DNA of 64,000 nucleotides from an uncultured Pirellulales bacterium (GTDB lineage Bacteria > Planctomycetota > Phycisphaerae > Sedimentisphaerales > Anaerobacaceae). Of the stretch, positions 1 through 8,243 are shown in pieces. How positions within the stretch are numbered: position 1 is the first letter of the stretch; each line of letters starts with the position of its first letter. The notes beneath the pieces are model-generated. The model worked only from the letters and a program-made list of their open reading frames with translations, ran no database searches and had not been told where the DNA came from. The position numbers were made by a program, and so were the translations under genes. The stretch is taken from assembly GCA_964391985.1 (NCBI GenBank), contig CAYMOE010000008.1, forward strand, positions 19,090 to 83,089. Reading direction: 5' to 3'.

Positions 1-497
1 GGAATGACTAATTTATGGCCGCTGTATACGCAGAAATTTTCGATTCCCCGCTCTGCCGCCTCTTTAACAACTACAGCAGTCGCCGGAGCTGTGGTTTCAA
101 AACCAACAGCCAGCAAAATTACTGTCTTATTGGGATTTTCTTTGGCAAGCACAAGGGCATCTTCAGCACTGAAAACTACCCGGACATTGGTTCCTCTGTG
201 TTTTTCAAGAGAGCCGGTCGTCCCCGGAACGCGAATCATATCGCCATAGGTTGCGATTATACAATCGTCTCGCTGCGCCATTTCGAGACAATTCTCGATA
301 TAACGCTGGTCGGTAACACAGACAGGGCAGCCGGGTCCGGAGATAAGATTCATCTGCTGGGGTATAAATGTTCGCACGCCGTTGCGGAATATAGCTACTG
401 TATGTGTTCCGCAAACTTCCATAATATTAAACGGCCTGCCGAGCTTCTCGCAGGCTGCGTCTATTAATTTATGAGCTATACTTATTCTTCTGAGCAT
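1..497 (-). CDS. hypD: Hydrogenase maturation protein HypD, N-terminal part (runs off the window edge)
   Basis: Absent from the ORF track because it is open-ended. The reverse complement from the ATG at 497 reads MLRRISIAHKLIDAACEKLGRPFNIMEVCGTHTVAIFRNG...LISGPGCPVCVTDQ...LLAVGFETTAP. This contains the CGTHT, GPGCPVC and GFETT signatures of HypD. It starts 11 nt downstream of the hypC stop. Confidence 0.85.
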   Translation of the reverse strand, partial: MLRRISIAHKLIDAACEKLGRPFNIMEVCGTHTVAIFRNGVRTFIPQQMNLISGPGCPVCVTDQRYIENCLEMAQRDDCIIATYGDMIRVPGTTGSLEKHRGTNVRVVFSAEDALVLAKENPNKTVILLAVGFETTAPATAVVVKEAAERGIENFCVYSGHKLVI

Positions 498-508
498 ATT
501 TAAAATAA

Positions 509-751
509 TCAGCCCGAAACTTTTTTGTCTGTTTCAAGAAAATTGTCAATTTGTTCGATAAGCTGCCAAGTCTTTTTGGCCTCTTCTTCGTCAATAATAG
601 AAATCGCAAAGCCCGCGTGAACCAGCACTAAGTTGCCCAGTGCCGCATCCGGTAAAAGCGTAGTTTTGGCGCGAAAGCGGTTGCCCATTGCATCGACAAT
701 CGCATTATCACCTTCCAGCTCAACTATTCTCGCAGGTACCGCTAAACACAT
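509..751 (-). CDS. hypC: Hydrogenase assembly chaperone HypC/HupF
   Basis: 80-aa ORF beginning MCLAVPARIVEL, the canonical MCLxxP N-terminus with the essential Cys2. It lies directly upstream of hypD. Confidence 0.9.
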   Translation of the reverse strand: MCLAVPARIVELEGDNAIVDAMGNRFRAKTTLLPDAALGNLVLVHAGFAISIIDEEEAKKTWQLIEQIDNFLETDKKVSG

Positions 752-913
752 ATTCGTCGTCCGTTTCTTGTTTATACTTCAAGTTGTTATTTAATGTTCT
801 CGGTCTATTTTATTAATTGTAAGGCCTAATAGCAATATCGTATTAAAAATCAAATACGAATTGGGAATAAGGTGCTAAATATAGTAAATTTGCGGTATTA
901 TTGGTTATGTGAA

Positions 914-955
914 AGAATAGAAAATATTGACAAACCAACGATTATTTTCTATTCT
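914..955 (+). promoter_or_regulatory. Candidate promoter/operator of the mntA-hepT pair: a perfect 13-bp inverted repeat bracketing a TTGACA box
   Basis: AGAATAGAAAATA (914-926) and TATTTTCTATTCT (943-955) are exact reverse complements separated by 16 nt. That spacer begins with TTGACA (927-932). After a 17-nt spacer, TATTCT (950-955) is a weak -10 candidate. The element lies 46 nt upstream of the mntA ATG. Confidence 0.4.
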
Positions 956-1000
956 ACATGCAATGTTATAAAAGCTTATATTTTTTAATATTGATGCCTT

Positions 1001-1291
1001 ATGAGTATCAGCCGGATTATTCACGAGCAAAAAGACCAAATCAACCAAATTGCTGCCAAGCATGGAGTTCGAAATGTTCGTATTTTTGGCTCTGTAGCTC
1101 GCGGTGAAGACAAGCCACAAAGCGATATAGATTTTCTGGTCGAAGCTGGAACAAACACAAGCTCATGGTTTCCTGCCGGCTTAGTACTTGACCTCGAGCA
1201 GTTACTTGGCCGCCATGTAGATGTAGTCACAGAAAAAGCTCTTAATCCACATATCCGTGATTACGTTCTTCGCGAGGCCAAAGCCTTATGA
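1001..1291 (+). CDS. mntA: MNT-type nucleotidyltransferase antitoxin (MntA-like)
   Basis: 96 aa with the minimal nucleotidyltransferase motif GSVARGE...DIDFLVE (GSxxRG ... DxD). Its stop overlaps the start of the downstream HEPN gene as ATGA. Confidence 0.8.
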   Translation: MSISRIIHEQKDQINQIAAKHGVRNVRIFGSVARGEDKPQSDIDFLVEAGTNTSSWFPAGLVLDLEQLLGRHVDVVTEKALNPHIRDYVLREAKAL

Positions 1292-1611
1292 AAGACGATT
1301 CCGTTTATCTGCGTTATATTTTGGATTGTATCAGTCGCATAGAAGAAAATGCATCGTCAGGTAAAGATGAGTTCATGGCTTCTCATACTATTCAAGATGC
1401 GGTTTTGAGAAATCTTCAGACGATGACCGAATCGACTCAAAGACTTTCGGAATCACTTAAAGAAGCACATCCGGAAATAGAATGGCACTATATATCCGCT
1501 TTTCGCAATGTTCTTGTTCACGATTACCTCGGCATTGATATCGAAAAAATTTGGGAAATTACACAGAACGAGGTTCCGAAGCTAAAACAGGCAATCCTTG
1601 CCATGCTCTAA
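1288..1611 (+). CDS. hepT: HEPN/DUF86 toxin (HepT-like RNase)
   Basis: 107 aa with the RNVLVHDY motif (the R-x4-H-x-Y HEPN active site) near the C-terminus. It overlaps the upstream MNT gene by 4 nt. Confidence 0.8.
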   Translation: MKDDSVYLRYILDCISRIEENASSGKDEFMASHTIQDAVLRNLQTMTESTQRLSESLKEAHPEIEWHYISAFRNVLVHDYLGIDIEKIWEITQNEVPKLKQAILAML

Positions 1612-1654
1612 CGACATACAAAAATTGAAGCTATAACTTGTGTGTTACGAATTA

Positions 1655-3961
1655 TTAATGACGAGAACTTTGTTTTGCTGCAATGACTGCTTGGCCGAGC
1701 GAAATTCCGCCGTCATTACTCGGCACATAGCGGTTAAATAATACGACAAAATCCGCTTGGTTCAAGTATTGAATTAACCGATTTGTCAAATATCTGTTAC
1801 AAAAAACCCCGCCGCTGAGGGCGACTTTGTTCAATTTGCTCATATCTCTTGCCTTTTTGGCCATTGCGCACAGACCTGCAGCTATACAATTATGAAATTT
1901 CGCTGAAATTTCTGAACAAGAACGCTGTTTTTGAGCGTCAGCGACTAATTGCCTTATCATTCTACGCAGGTCCAATTGAACCGGTTCTTCGGCAATATTT
2001 ATTATGTCAAAATCGTACCTTTGCTCATTGGTATCATCCGCGCAGGCTTCGAACGCCATCGGAAGCTGGGCTTCGAAATGATTATAATTGCCAAGTCCGG
2101 CTATCGCAGCAGCCGCATCAAAAACCCGTCCGAGACTTGATGTATTGACTGTATTTATTTTTTTGCGAATCTGCTCCCAAATCAGCTTCTGTTTTTCAAT
2201 ATTCGGCTCGATTTTTTCTAAAAGTCCTACGAATTTTGACAAATCAAATTCATCTCCGTAAGCCTGACTTAATAACGCAATTACAGGCCTGATAGCCTCT
2301 TTTGATGCTAAATCACCCCCAGCTAAAGGATAATATGCCAGATGTCCGAACCTCTCGAAGTTTTCGAGGTCGGCTATAAGACACTCACAGCCCCAAACCG
2401 CTCCGTCGGTGCCGTAACCGGTCCCGTCACATTCTAATCCGATAACTTTTTCATCTAATTCATATTCAGCCAAAACCGACGCGATATGAGCCCAGTGATG
2501 CTGAATCTTGACGAACTTGGCATTTTTAAGCGACCCTGCGTATTGGCTTGAAAAATATCCGGGATGAAGGTCGCAAGCTATGATTTGAGGCTCGACCTCG
2601 AAAAGCTTTTCCAAATGATTTATGGATTTTACATAATGACGATAAACGCTCGCGTCTTCCATATCGCCGATATGTTCGCTGACGATTAGCTGATTGGATT
2701 TGACATAGCTGAACGTATTTTTCAAATCAGAGCCGGTCGCCAAAATATCTTTTTGGCTGACTGTTTTTGCTATTATCGGAGTCGGAACATATCCTCTGGC
2801 CCGGCGCAATAAAACAGGCTCATTATTAATAAAATGAACGATAGAATCGTCCACCTGCCGATAGATTTTTCGATTGTGCATTAAAAAAACATCTGCAGCT
2901 TCACTCAACTTTTCCAAGGCAGCCTCATTTTCACATATAAGAGGCTCATCGGAGATATTTCCGCTTGTCATAACAAGAACTTCCGGCCCCTGCTCGAATA
3001 AAAGCCAGTGCAATGGTGCATAGCAAAGCATAAATCCGTAAGAATTAACCCCTTCAGCAGCCGCTGATGCTATAAGACTATTTGGTTTTTTAGGCAGCAG
3101 AACAATCGGGCTTTCAGGACTTTTTAAAACTTCCTGCTCAATTTCGCCGACTACAGCGTATTTTTTTATCTTCTCGACAGAATCCGTCATCATCGCAAAA
3201 GGCTTGGCATCGCGTTTTTTTCTTAGGCGTAATCTCAGTACAGCCTCATTGTCCAAAGCATTTACCGCAAGATGAAACCCTCCGATACCTTTTATCGCTG
3301 CGATTTTGCCGTCTAAGAGCATTTGGGCTGTTTGCTTTATAACCGCGTCACTATTTTTTTCGATGATTTTTCCGGTATTGTCCGTCAGCCAAATCTTCGG
3401 CCCGCATTGCGGACATGCAACCGGCTGAGCGTGAAACCGCCGGTCTGAAGGATTTTTATATTGAGCGGAACATTTCCCGCACATTTTAAATTCCGACATC
3501 GTCGTATTAGGCCGGTCATAGGGTATCGTTTTCACTATCGAATATCTCGGCCCGCAGTTTGTGCAGTTTATAAAAGGATACCTGTACCTGAAGTTCGACG
3601 GGTCGCGCATTTCCCCAAGACAATCCTCGCATACAGCTATATCAGGACTAACTTGCGACAAAGCCGTGCCGGCTCGCTCACTCGATTTAATTGCAAATTC
3701 TTCTTCTGATTCGGTTAACGGGATGTCGACGGTTTTGCAGGACTTTATTTGGGTCAGCGGTGTAACTTTGGAATCCTGTCCTAAATTGTGAACGAACTTT
3801 GTAATCACCTCGGTTTCGCCTTGAGCTTCTATGGTAACACCTTTTGTGTCGTTATATATGAACCCTGTCAGGTTGAGCTGTTTGGCTAACCGATAAACCG
3901 CAGGCCGGAATCCTACCCCCTGAATTCTTCCGGTTATAAATATTCGTTTTCTTACGTTCAA
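1655..3961 (-). CDS. hypF: [NiFe]-hydrogenase maturation carbamoyltransferase HypF
   Basis: 768 aa. It has an N-terminal acylphosphatase-like segment (ITGRIQGVGFRP), paired CxxC zinc-finger motifs (CEDCLGE..., CTNCGPRYS, CGKCSAQY, CPQCGP), and YrdC-like and Kae1-like C-terminal regions. Confidence 0.95.
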   Translation of the reverse strand: MNVRKRIFITGRIQGVGFRPAVYRLAKQLNLTGFIYNDTKGVTIEAQGETEVITKFVHNLGQDSKVTPLTQIKSCKTVDIPLTESEEEFAIKSSERAGTALSQVSPDIAVCEDCLGEMRDPSNFRYRYPFINCTNCGPRYSIVKTIPYDRPNTTMSEFKMCGKCSAQYKNPSDRRFHAQPVACPQCGPKIWLTDNTGKIIEKNSDAVIKQTAQMLLDGKIAAIKGIGGFHLAVNALDNEAVLRLRLRKKRDAKPFAMMTDSVEKIKKYAVVGEIEQEVLKSPESPIVLLPKKPNSLIASAAAEGVNSYGFMLCYAPLHWLLFEQGPEVLVMTSGNISDEPLICENEAALEKLSEAADVFLMHNRKIYRQVDDSIVHFINNEPVLLRRARGYVPTPIIAKTVSQKDILATGSDLKNTFSYVKSNQLIVSEHIGDMEDASVYRHYVKSINHLEKLFEVEPQIIACDLHPGYFSSQYAGSLKNAKFVKIQHHWAHIASVLAEYELDEKVIGLECDGTGYGTDGAVWGCECLIADLENFERFGHLAYYPLAGGDLASKEAIRPVIALLSQAYGDEFDLSKFVGLLEKIEPNIEKQKLIWEQIRKKINTVNTSSLGRVFDAAAAIAGLGNYNHFEAQLPMAFEACADDTNEQRYDFDIINIAEEPVQLDLRRMIRQLVADAQKQRSCSEISAKFHNCIAAGLCAMAKKARDMSKLNKVALSGGVFCNRYLTNRLIQYLNQADFVVLFNRYVPSNDGGISLGQAVIAAKQSSRH

Positions 3962-4051
3962 ATCTCAGCCCGCCTGTCCAGCCTGATAAATAGAAGATAA
4001 TTCACTGCTTTGGCCGACATTATACTAAGCGGTGTTGGTATTGGAAATGAT

Positions 4052-4080
4052 TTGCAAAAACCGCGCGCAATTGTTAAAAT
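4052..4080 (+). promoter_or_regulatory. Sigma70-like promoter for tRNA-Ala
   Basis: TTGCAA (4052-4057), an exact 17-nt spacer, then TAAAAT (4075-4080). The -10 hexamer ends 11 nt before the first tRNA nucleotide. Confidence 0.5.
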
Positions 4081-4091
4081 AGCAAAAATAC

Positions 4092-4164
4092 GGGGCCGTA
4101 GCTCAGTTGGGAGAGCGCTTGCATGGCATGCAAGAGGCCGTGGGTTCGACTCCCATCGGCTCCA
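4092..4164 (+). tRNA. tRNA-Ala (anticodon GGC)
   Basis: The 73-nt sequence GGGGCCGTAGCTCAGTTGGGAGAGCGCTTGCATGGCATGCAAGAGGCCGTGGGTTCGACTCCCATCGGCTCCA folds by hand into a cloverleaf. It has a 7-bp acceptor stem, a G3:U70 alanine identity pair, an anticodon loop ATGGCAT and a TTCGA T-loop. CCA is not encoded. Confidence 0.9.
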
Positions 4165-4248
4165 TTAACAGTTTTTGGGGTAGGGTTGCGTATATATTAT
4201 ATGGGGCAATGGTATTCTGAGGCTTATTTTAAGAGGGAGACAGCCAAT

Positions 4249-4914
4249 ATGGATAAGACCAGAGAATTTGATTTAAAAATATCCCCAACCAAAATTTTTA
4301 CACCCGGGGTAGTAGTTTTACTTGTATTGCTGGTAATCGGCTTTATTTTTACCAATTATTTGCCGGTTTTTTCATTTGATAACCTTGCAATCAGTGGGCA
4401 GGGTCTAATTAAAGGAAAAATTTGGCAATTGGCAACTTATCCTTTTGTTAACGGCTGTTCTTTAAATCTTGTCTTTTCCTGCTTTACAATTCTCTTTATC
4501 GGTAGCGACGTCGAGCGGCAATGGCGGACAAAATCCTTTTTGATGTTATGGCTTGTTGTCTCGGTGATTTGCGGTTTATTGTGGGGATTAATTACAGCTC
4601 TTTTCGGAGGCGGCTATATTGGAACTGGTGCCGCAGCCTGTACTTATGGGATACTTGCGGTTTTCGGGCTGCTTAATCGGGGCAGAAGATTTTATTTCTT
4701 TATTGCCGTCCTTGAAGCTCAGTTTTTGGTGATTCTTTTTATTGTTGCCGGAATATTGATTAATATAGCACAGCCGATAGGGTTAATCTGGGTATTAGGA
4801 GCTCTTGTCGGCTATTTATATGTCAAATTGTGCTGGGGGTTGAAAAAACGCAAACAAGTAGCATTGCCAGGAAATACTGCCGCTCCCAAAGGGAATTTTA
4901 TTGAGATTGATTAA
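4249..4914 (+). CDS. Rhomboid-like polytopic membrane protein, catalytic residues apparently absent
   Basis: I trimmed the ORF track entry 4123-4914 to the ATG at 4249, because the longer form overlaps tRNA-Ala and AGGGAGA lies 8 nt upstream of 4249. The TM2-like stretch WQLATYPFVNG...LNLVFSCFTILFIGSDVERQW resembles the rhomboid WRxxTxxFxH...HxxxN...G..lE motif. The GxSG position reads IGTGAAACTYG and the TM6 His position reads LIWVLGALVG. Confidence 0.5.
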   Translation: MDKTREFDLKISPTKIFTPGVVVLLVLLVIGFIFTNYLPVFSFDNLAISGQGLIKGKIWQLATYPFVNGCSLNLVFSCFTILFIGSDVERQWRTKSFLMLWLVVSVICGLLWGLITALFGGGYIGTGAAACTYGILAVFGLLNRGRRFYFFIAVLEAQFLVILFIVAGILINIAQPIGLIWVLGALVGYLYVKLCWGLKKRKQVALPGNTAAPKGNFIEID

Positions 4915-4919
4915 AAAAG

Positions 4920-5750
4920 GTGAAGAAAGAATCTCATAAAGAAGCTGGTGTCCGTGCTGAAAAGGTGCGGGAAATTTTAAAAAAATGCACGCTTTGTCCG
5001 AGGTTATGCAAAGTTGACCGGATAAAGGGCGAAAAGGGGTATTGTGGTCTGGATGATAAAGTTCGCTGTTTTCGTGAAATGCTTCATCCTTTTGAAGAAA
5101 ATATACTGAATCCTTCTCATCAGATTTATTTTGCCGGTTGTAATTTAAAATGCGAGTTCTGTACGGTTGCGGAATGGAATAATCAGCCTTCTGCGGCTTG
5201 TGAAATTGTTCTAAGACAAATGGCTATGAAGATTGAACAGCGTAAAATGCAGGGTGCAAAAACACTGAATCTTTTAGGCGGAGAGCCGACTATCAGCATG
5301 CACGGTGTTTTTGAACTTCTTGGGAATATCAGTCCGGATACCTGTGTATTACTCAATTCAAATATGTATTTTGCAGGGGAATTGCTAAGACTTCTTGATG
5401 GTTTTGTTGATATTTATCTTGCTGATTTCAAGTGTGGAAACGACGGCTGTGCGGGGAAAATTCTGGGGACAGAGAATTATGTTAAGGTAGTAAGCAGCAA
5501 TATATTAACAGCCGCGAGACAGGCGGATATTATTGTAAGGCATCTGGTTCTTCCGGGACATTTTGAATGCTGCGCAAAACCCATTATAAACTGGATAGCC
5601 TCGGAAATACCCAATGTTAAATTAAGTCTTAGAAGAGATTATGTTCCGCCTGCCGAGGCTATTTATGCCCCAAAGGCATATCTTGATAAACCTGAGTACG
5701 AAAGAACTGTGGATTACGCTCGTAATTTACATCTTAATCTGATACAATGA
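4920..5750 (+). CDS. Radical SAM enzyme, PflX-like (pyruvate formate-lyase-activase-related, unknown substrate)
   Basis: GTG start. It has the CNLKCEFC (Cx3Cx2C) radical SAM cluster motif and an additional N-terminal Cys cluster, CTLCPRLCKV...GYCG. It starts 5 nt after the preceding gene. Confidence 0.8.
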   Translation: MKKESHKEAGVRAEKVREILKKCTLCPRLCKVDRIKGEKGYCGLDDKVRCFREMLHPFEENILNPSHQIYFAGCNLKCEFCTVAEWNNQPSAACEIVLRQMAMKIEQRKMQGAKTLNLLGGEPTISMHGVFELLGNISPDTCVLLNSNMYFAGELLRLLDGFVDIYLADFKCGNDGCAGKILGTENYVKVVSSNILTAARQADIIVRHLVLPGHFECCAKPIINWIASEIPNVKLSLRRDYVPPAEAIYAPKAYLDKPEYERTVDYARNLHLNLIQ

Positions 5751-5953
5751 GTAAAGCTAAAAAATACACAAAAGAACCCGGTGATCAGGAAATAAGGATA
5801 CTTGCTGATGGAAGGTTAGTATTGGTGGGGCTTGATGAAGACATGCTGAGTTTTGCAGATGCGTTTGTTCCCTTGAAAGAAACCAAAGAAAATAAGGGCA
5901 AAAGAGGATGGAAGAACCACAACAGGCGAAAAACATTCAGAAAGTTAATCTAA
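5747..5953 (+). CDS. Small hypothetical protein (68 aa, basic C-terminus)
   Basis: Its start overlaps the radical SAM stop as ATGA, and its 3' end overlaps the AAA+ gene by 46 nt. I recognise no family, so the coding status is uncertain. Confidence 0.35.
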   Translation: MSKAKKYTKEPGDQEIRILADGRLVLVGLDEDMLSFADAFVPLKETKENKGKRGWKNHNRRKTFRKLI

Positions 5954-7524
5954 ATGCAGCTCTTAAAAATCAGCTTGGCGAGCTTGAAGTGCTGATTAGA
6001 GCAAGGTACCCCCTTGTTTATGTGATAAGCTGGGAGGAACAGAGGGTTCAGGAAGAAATAATAAGAATCGCTGAAAGATTAGATAAAAAAGTATTTGAAT
6101 GGTCAATTAATACCGGTCTTATCCCTGCAGGAACGAGTATTTTATCACAAAAACATCGTGATACCGCGACACAAGACCCCCTTGTTGCACTTGACAGCGT
6201 GGTTGAGCAAGTTGACCCTGCTCTATATGTTTTTAAGGATTTTCATCCGTTTCTAAAGTCTCAAAATATGTCCGTGATACGCCGCCTTCGAGAAGTGGCG
6301 GCTTCATTGAAAAATACCTATAAAACGATAGTTATGGTCAGCCCAATGTTTGAAATGTCCGCTGAGCTTGAGAAGGATTTGACAATTATAGACTTTGATT
6401 TGCCGGGTGAAAAAGAATTAACGAAGCTGCTTGCTCATATCATTGACCAAGTCAAAGATAACCCAAAGCTGAATGTTAGAATAGACACGAAAGTCAAAGA
6501 GCAAATAGTGCATGCTCTTTTGGGTCTGACATTAAATGAAGCTGAAAACGTTTTGGCCAAGACACTTGTCCAGAATCGCGGATTGAATGAGAAAAGCCTG
6601 AGTATTATTAATTCCGAGAAAAAACAAATAATCAGAAAAAGCGGCCTGCTTGAATATTACGATACGGAAGAAAATTTAGGGTCAGTTGGCGGATTAGACG
6701 AGCTTAAAAGCTGGCTGCAAAAACGTTCCGTTGTTTTTTCCGAACAGGCTCGTCTTTTTGGTCTGCCGGCCCCTAAAGGCATTCTTCTTTTAGGAGTGCA
6801 GGGCTGCGGCAAAAGTCTGATGGCTAAAACTATCAGCAATATTTGGCAGTTACCATTATTGCGATTTGATGTCGGTCGAGTATTCGGCAGTTTGGTCGGG
6901 TCATCCGAACAAAATATGAGGCGCGCGATACAAGTGGCTGAATCGGTTTCGCCTGTGGTATTTTGGATTGATGAAATAGACAAAGCTTTCCGCGGTTCCC
7001 GCGGCAGTGATTCAGATACAGATGCCGGTACAAGCTCCAGAGTTTTCAGCACTTTTCTTACGTGGCTGTCGGAAAAAAAGAGCCCTGTATTTGTAGTTGC
7101 GACTGCCAATGATGTTTCCCTGCTCCCGCCGGAGCTGCTTCGAAAGGGCAGATTTGATGAAATTTTCTTTGTTGATTTGCCATGCTACAAGGAACGCGTA
7201 GAAATTTTCAGGGTTCATTTATCCAAACGCAAGATGGATGCGTCGAAGTTTGACCTTGACAAGTTAGCAAAAACAGCAAACGGCTACAGCGGCGCAGAAA
7301 TAGAAGAGGTTATCGTCAATGGTATGTTCAATGTCTTTTTTGAAAAAACCGAGTTAACAACGGCACGTCTGGTAGAAAGTATAACCCAAACAGTTCCTTT
7401 ATCGAAAACTATGAGTGAAAATATTGACCAATTGCGCAAATGGGCTGAGGGGCGTGCTCGTCAGGCGACAAGCGCTAAGCTCGCGGCCGAAGAAGGGCAT
7501 GGAACGCGCAGATTGGAACTATAA
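5908..7524 (+). CDS. Classical-clade AAA+ ATPase, Ycf46-like
   Basis: 538 aa. Walker A is GVQGCGKS, Walker B is VFWIDEIDK, and the second region of homology is LLRKGRFDEIFFVDLP. The roughly 280-aa N-terminal domain (YPLVYVISWEE...) is as I recall it in cyanobacterial and plastid Ycf46 proteins. Confidence 0.8.
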   Translation: MEEPQQAKNIQKVNLNAALKNQLGELEVLIRARYPLVYVISWEEQRVQEEIIRIAERLDKKVFEWSINTGLIPAGTSILSQKHRDTATQDPLVALDSVVEQVDPALYVFKDFHPFLKSQNMSVIRRLREVAASLKNTYKTIVMVSPMFEMSAELEKDLTIIDFDLPGEKELTKLLAHIIDQVKDNPKLNVRIDTKVKEQIVHALLGLTLNEAENVLAKTLVQNRGLNEKSLSIINSEKKQIIRKSGLLEYYDTEENLGSVGGLDELKSWLQKRSVVFSEQARLFGLPAPKGILLLGVQGCGKSLMAKTISNIWQLPLLRFDVGRVFGSLVGSSEQNMRRAIQVAESVSPVVFWIDEIDKAFRGSRGSDSDTDAGTSSRVFSTFLTWLSEKKSPVFVVATANDVSLLPPELLRKGRFDEIFFVDLPCYKERVEIFRVHLSKRKMDASKFDLDKLAKTANGYSGAEIEEVIVNGMFNVFFEKTELTTARLVESITQTVPLSKTMSENIDQLRKWAEGRARQATSAKLAAEEGHGTRRLEL

Positions 7525-7535
7525 TTTTTTATGGG

Positions 7536-8021
7536 GTGGAATTTATGAGCACAGTAGTAATTTTAGCGCCTATTATTATCAGTAACTGGCCTGTTATTCT
7601 TGCGGCTGTGACCGGAGCAGCCTCAGCACTTGGTTTTGTGTCTGTAAAAGAGGCTGTTAAAGCAAAGACAGAGGTAGAAGGGCAGGTTCAGAATAAAGAA
7701 AGCGTTGAGCTGGAAGTTCAGGAAAGCCAAGTCCTTGCCGAAAGCGTGAAAACCGGACAGGAAATCGTTCTTCAGAAAGGAACTGTTGAATTGCGAGTCT
7801 TTCGAGATGAGCGGGGGCGCTGTAAAGTCTGCGCTAAAGGAGTTGGTCATAATAAAGCTGAACTTCGCACAATTGCTCAGGAATTTATGGAAAAAATGAC
7901 TCAATGCTTTGTTTATAACCGAGTAATGAGCGAAATAAAGAACAAGAATTTTAATATTGTGAACGAAGAAGTAATGGATGACCAGAGTATTCGTATCAAT
8001 ATCCGCAGATGGGTGGACTGA
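7536..8021 (+). CDS. Membrane-anchored DUF1257(Ycf35)-like protein
   Basis: 161 aa with an N-terminal hydrophobic helix (VVILAPIIISNWPVILAAVTGAASALGF). The C-terminal ...IVNEEVMDDQSIRINIRRW ending resembles my recollection of DUF1257. Its position between an AAA+ gene and a DUF2997 gene is typical for that family. The start could instead be the ATG at 7545. Confidence 0.45.
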   Translation: MEFMSTVVILAPIIISNWPVILAAVTGAASALGFVSVKEAVKAKTEVEGQVQNKESVELEVQESQVLAESVKTGQEIVLQKGTVELRVFRDERGRCKVCAKGVGHNKAELRTIAQEFMEKMTQCFVYNRVMSEIKNKNFNIVNEEVMDDQSIRINIRRWVD

Positions 8022-8024
8022 AAA

Positions 8025-8240
8025 ATGGCACAGCACGAAGTTGAGATAAGCATTTCAAAAAACGGCGAGGTTAAAGTTCACGTCAAAGGTGCAAAGGGAA
8101 AGGCCTGTCTTGCTTATTCGGAATGGCTGGCCAATGTTGTCGGTAAAATTAAAAACCAGAAGCACACCAGTGAATTGTACGAGCCTGAAACTAAAGCGCG
8201 TATAAACCTTCATCAGGACTTGAAAGTAAAAGAGCAGTAA
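8025..8240 (+). CDS. DUF2997-like small protein
   Basis: 71 aa. MAQHEVEISISKNGEVKVHVKGAKGKACLAYSEWLANVVG...TSELYE matches the remembered DUF2997 pattern (I..I..dG.V...V.G.kG..C...t..Le..lG...T.EYY). The gap to each neighbouring gene is 3 nt. Confidence 0.6.
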   Translation: MAQHEVEISISKNGEVKVHVKGAKGKACLAYSEWLANVVGKIKNQKHTSELYEPETKARINLHQDLKVKEQ

Positions 8241-8243
8241 TAG

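Noticed and set aside
4123-4248. A 5' extension of the ORF-track ORF 4123-4914 (MACKRPWVRLPSAPL...).
   Set aside because: It is translated through the 3' half of tRNA-Ala (4092-4164). The ATG at 4249, with an upstream AGGGAGA, gives a sensible membrane-protein N-terminus.
6657-7109. A 150-aa minus-strand ORF inside the AAA+ ATPase gene, and similar ORFs at 9315-9674, 11289-11804 and 19333-19752.
   Set aside because: All are antisense to genes with clear family motifs and have no independent support.
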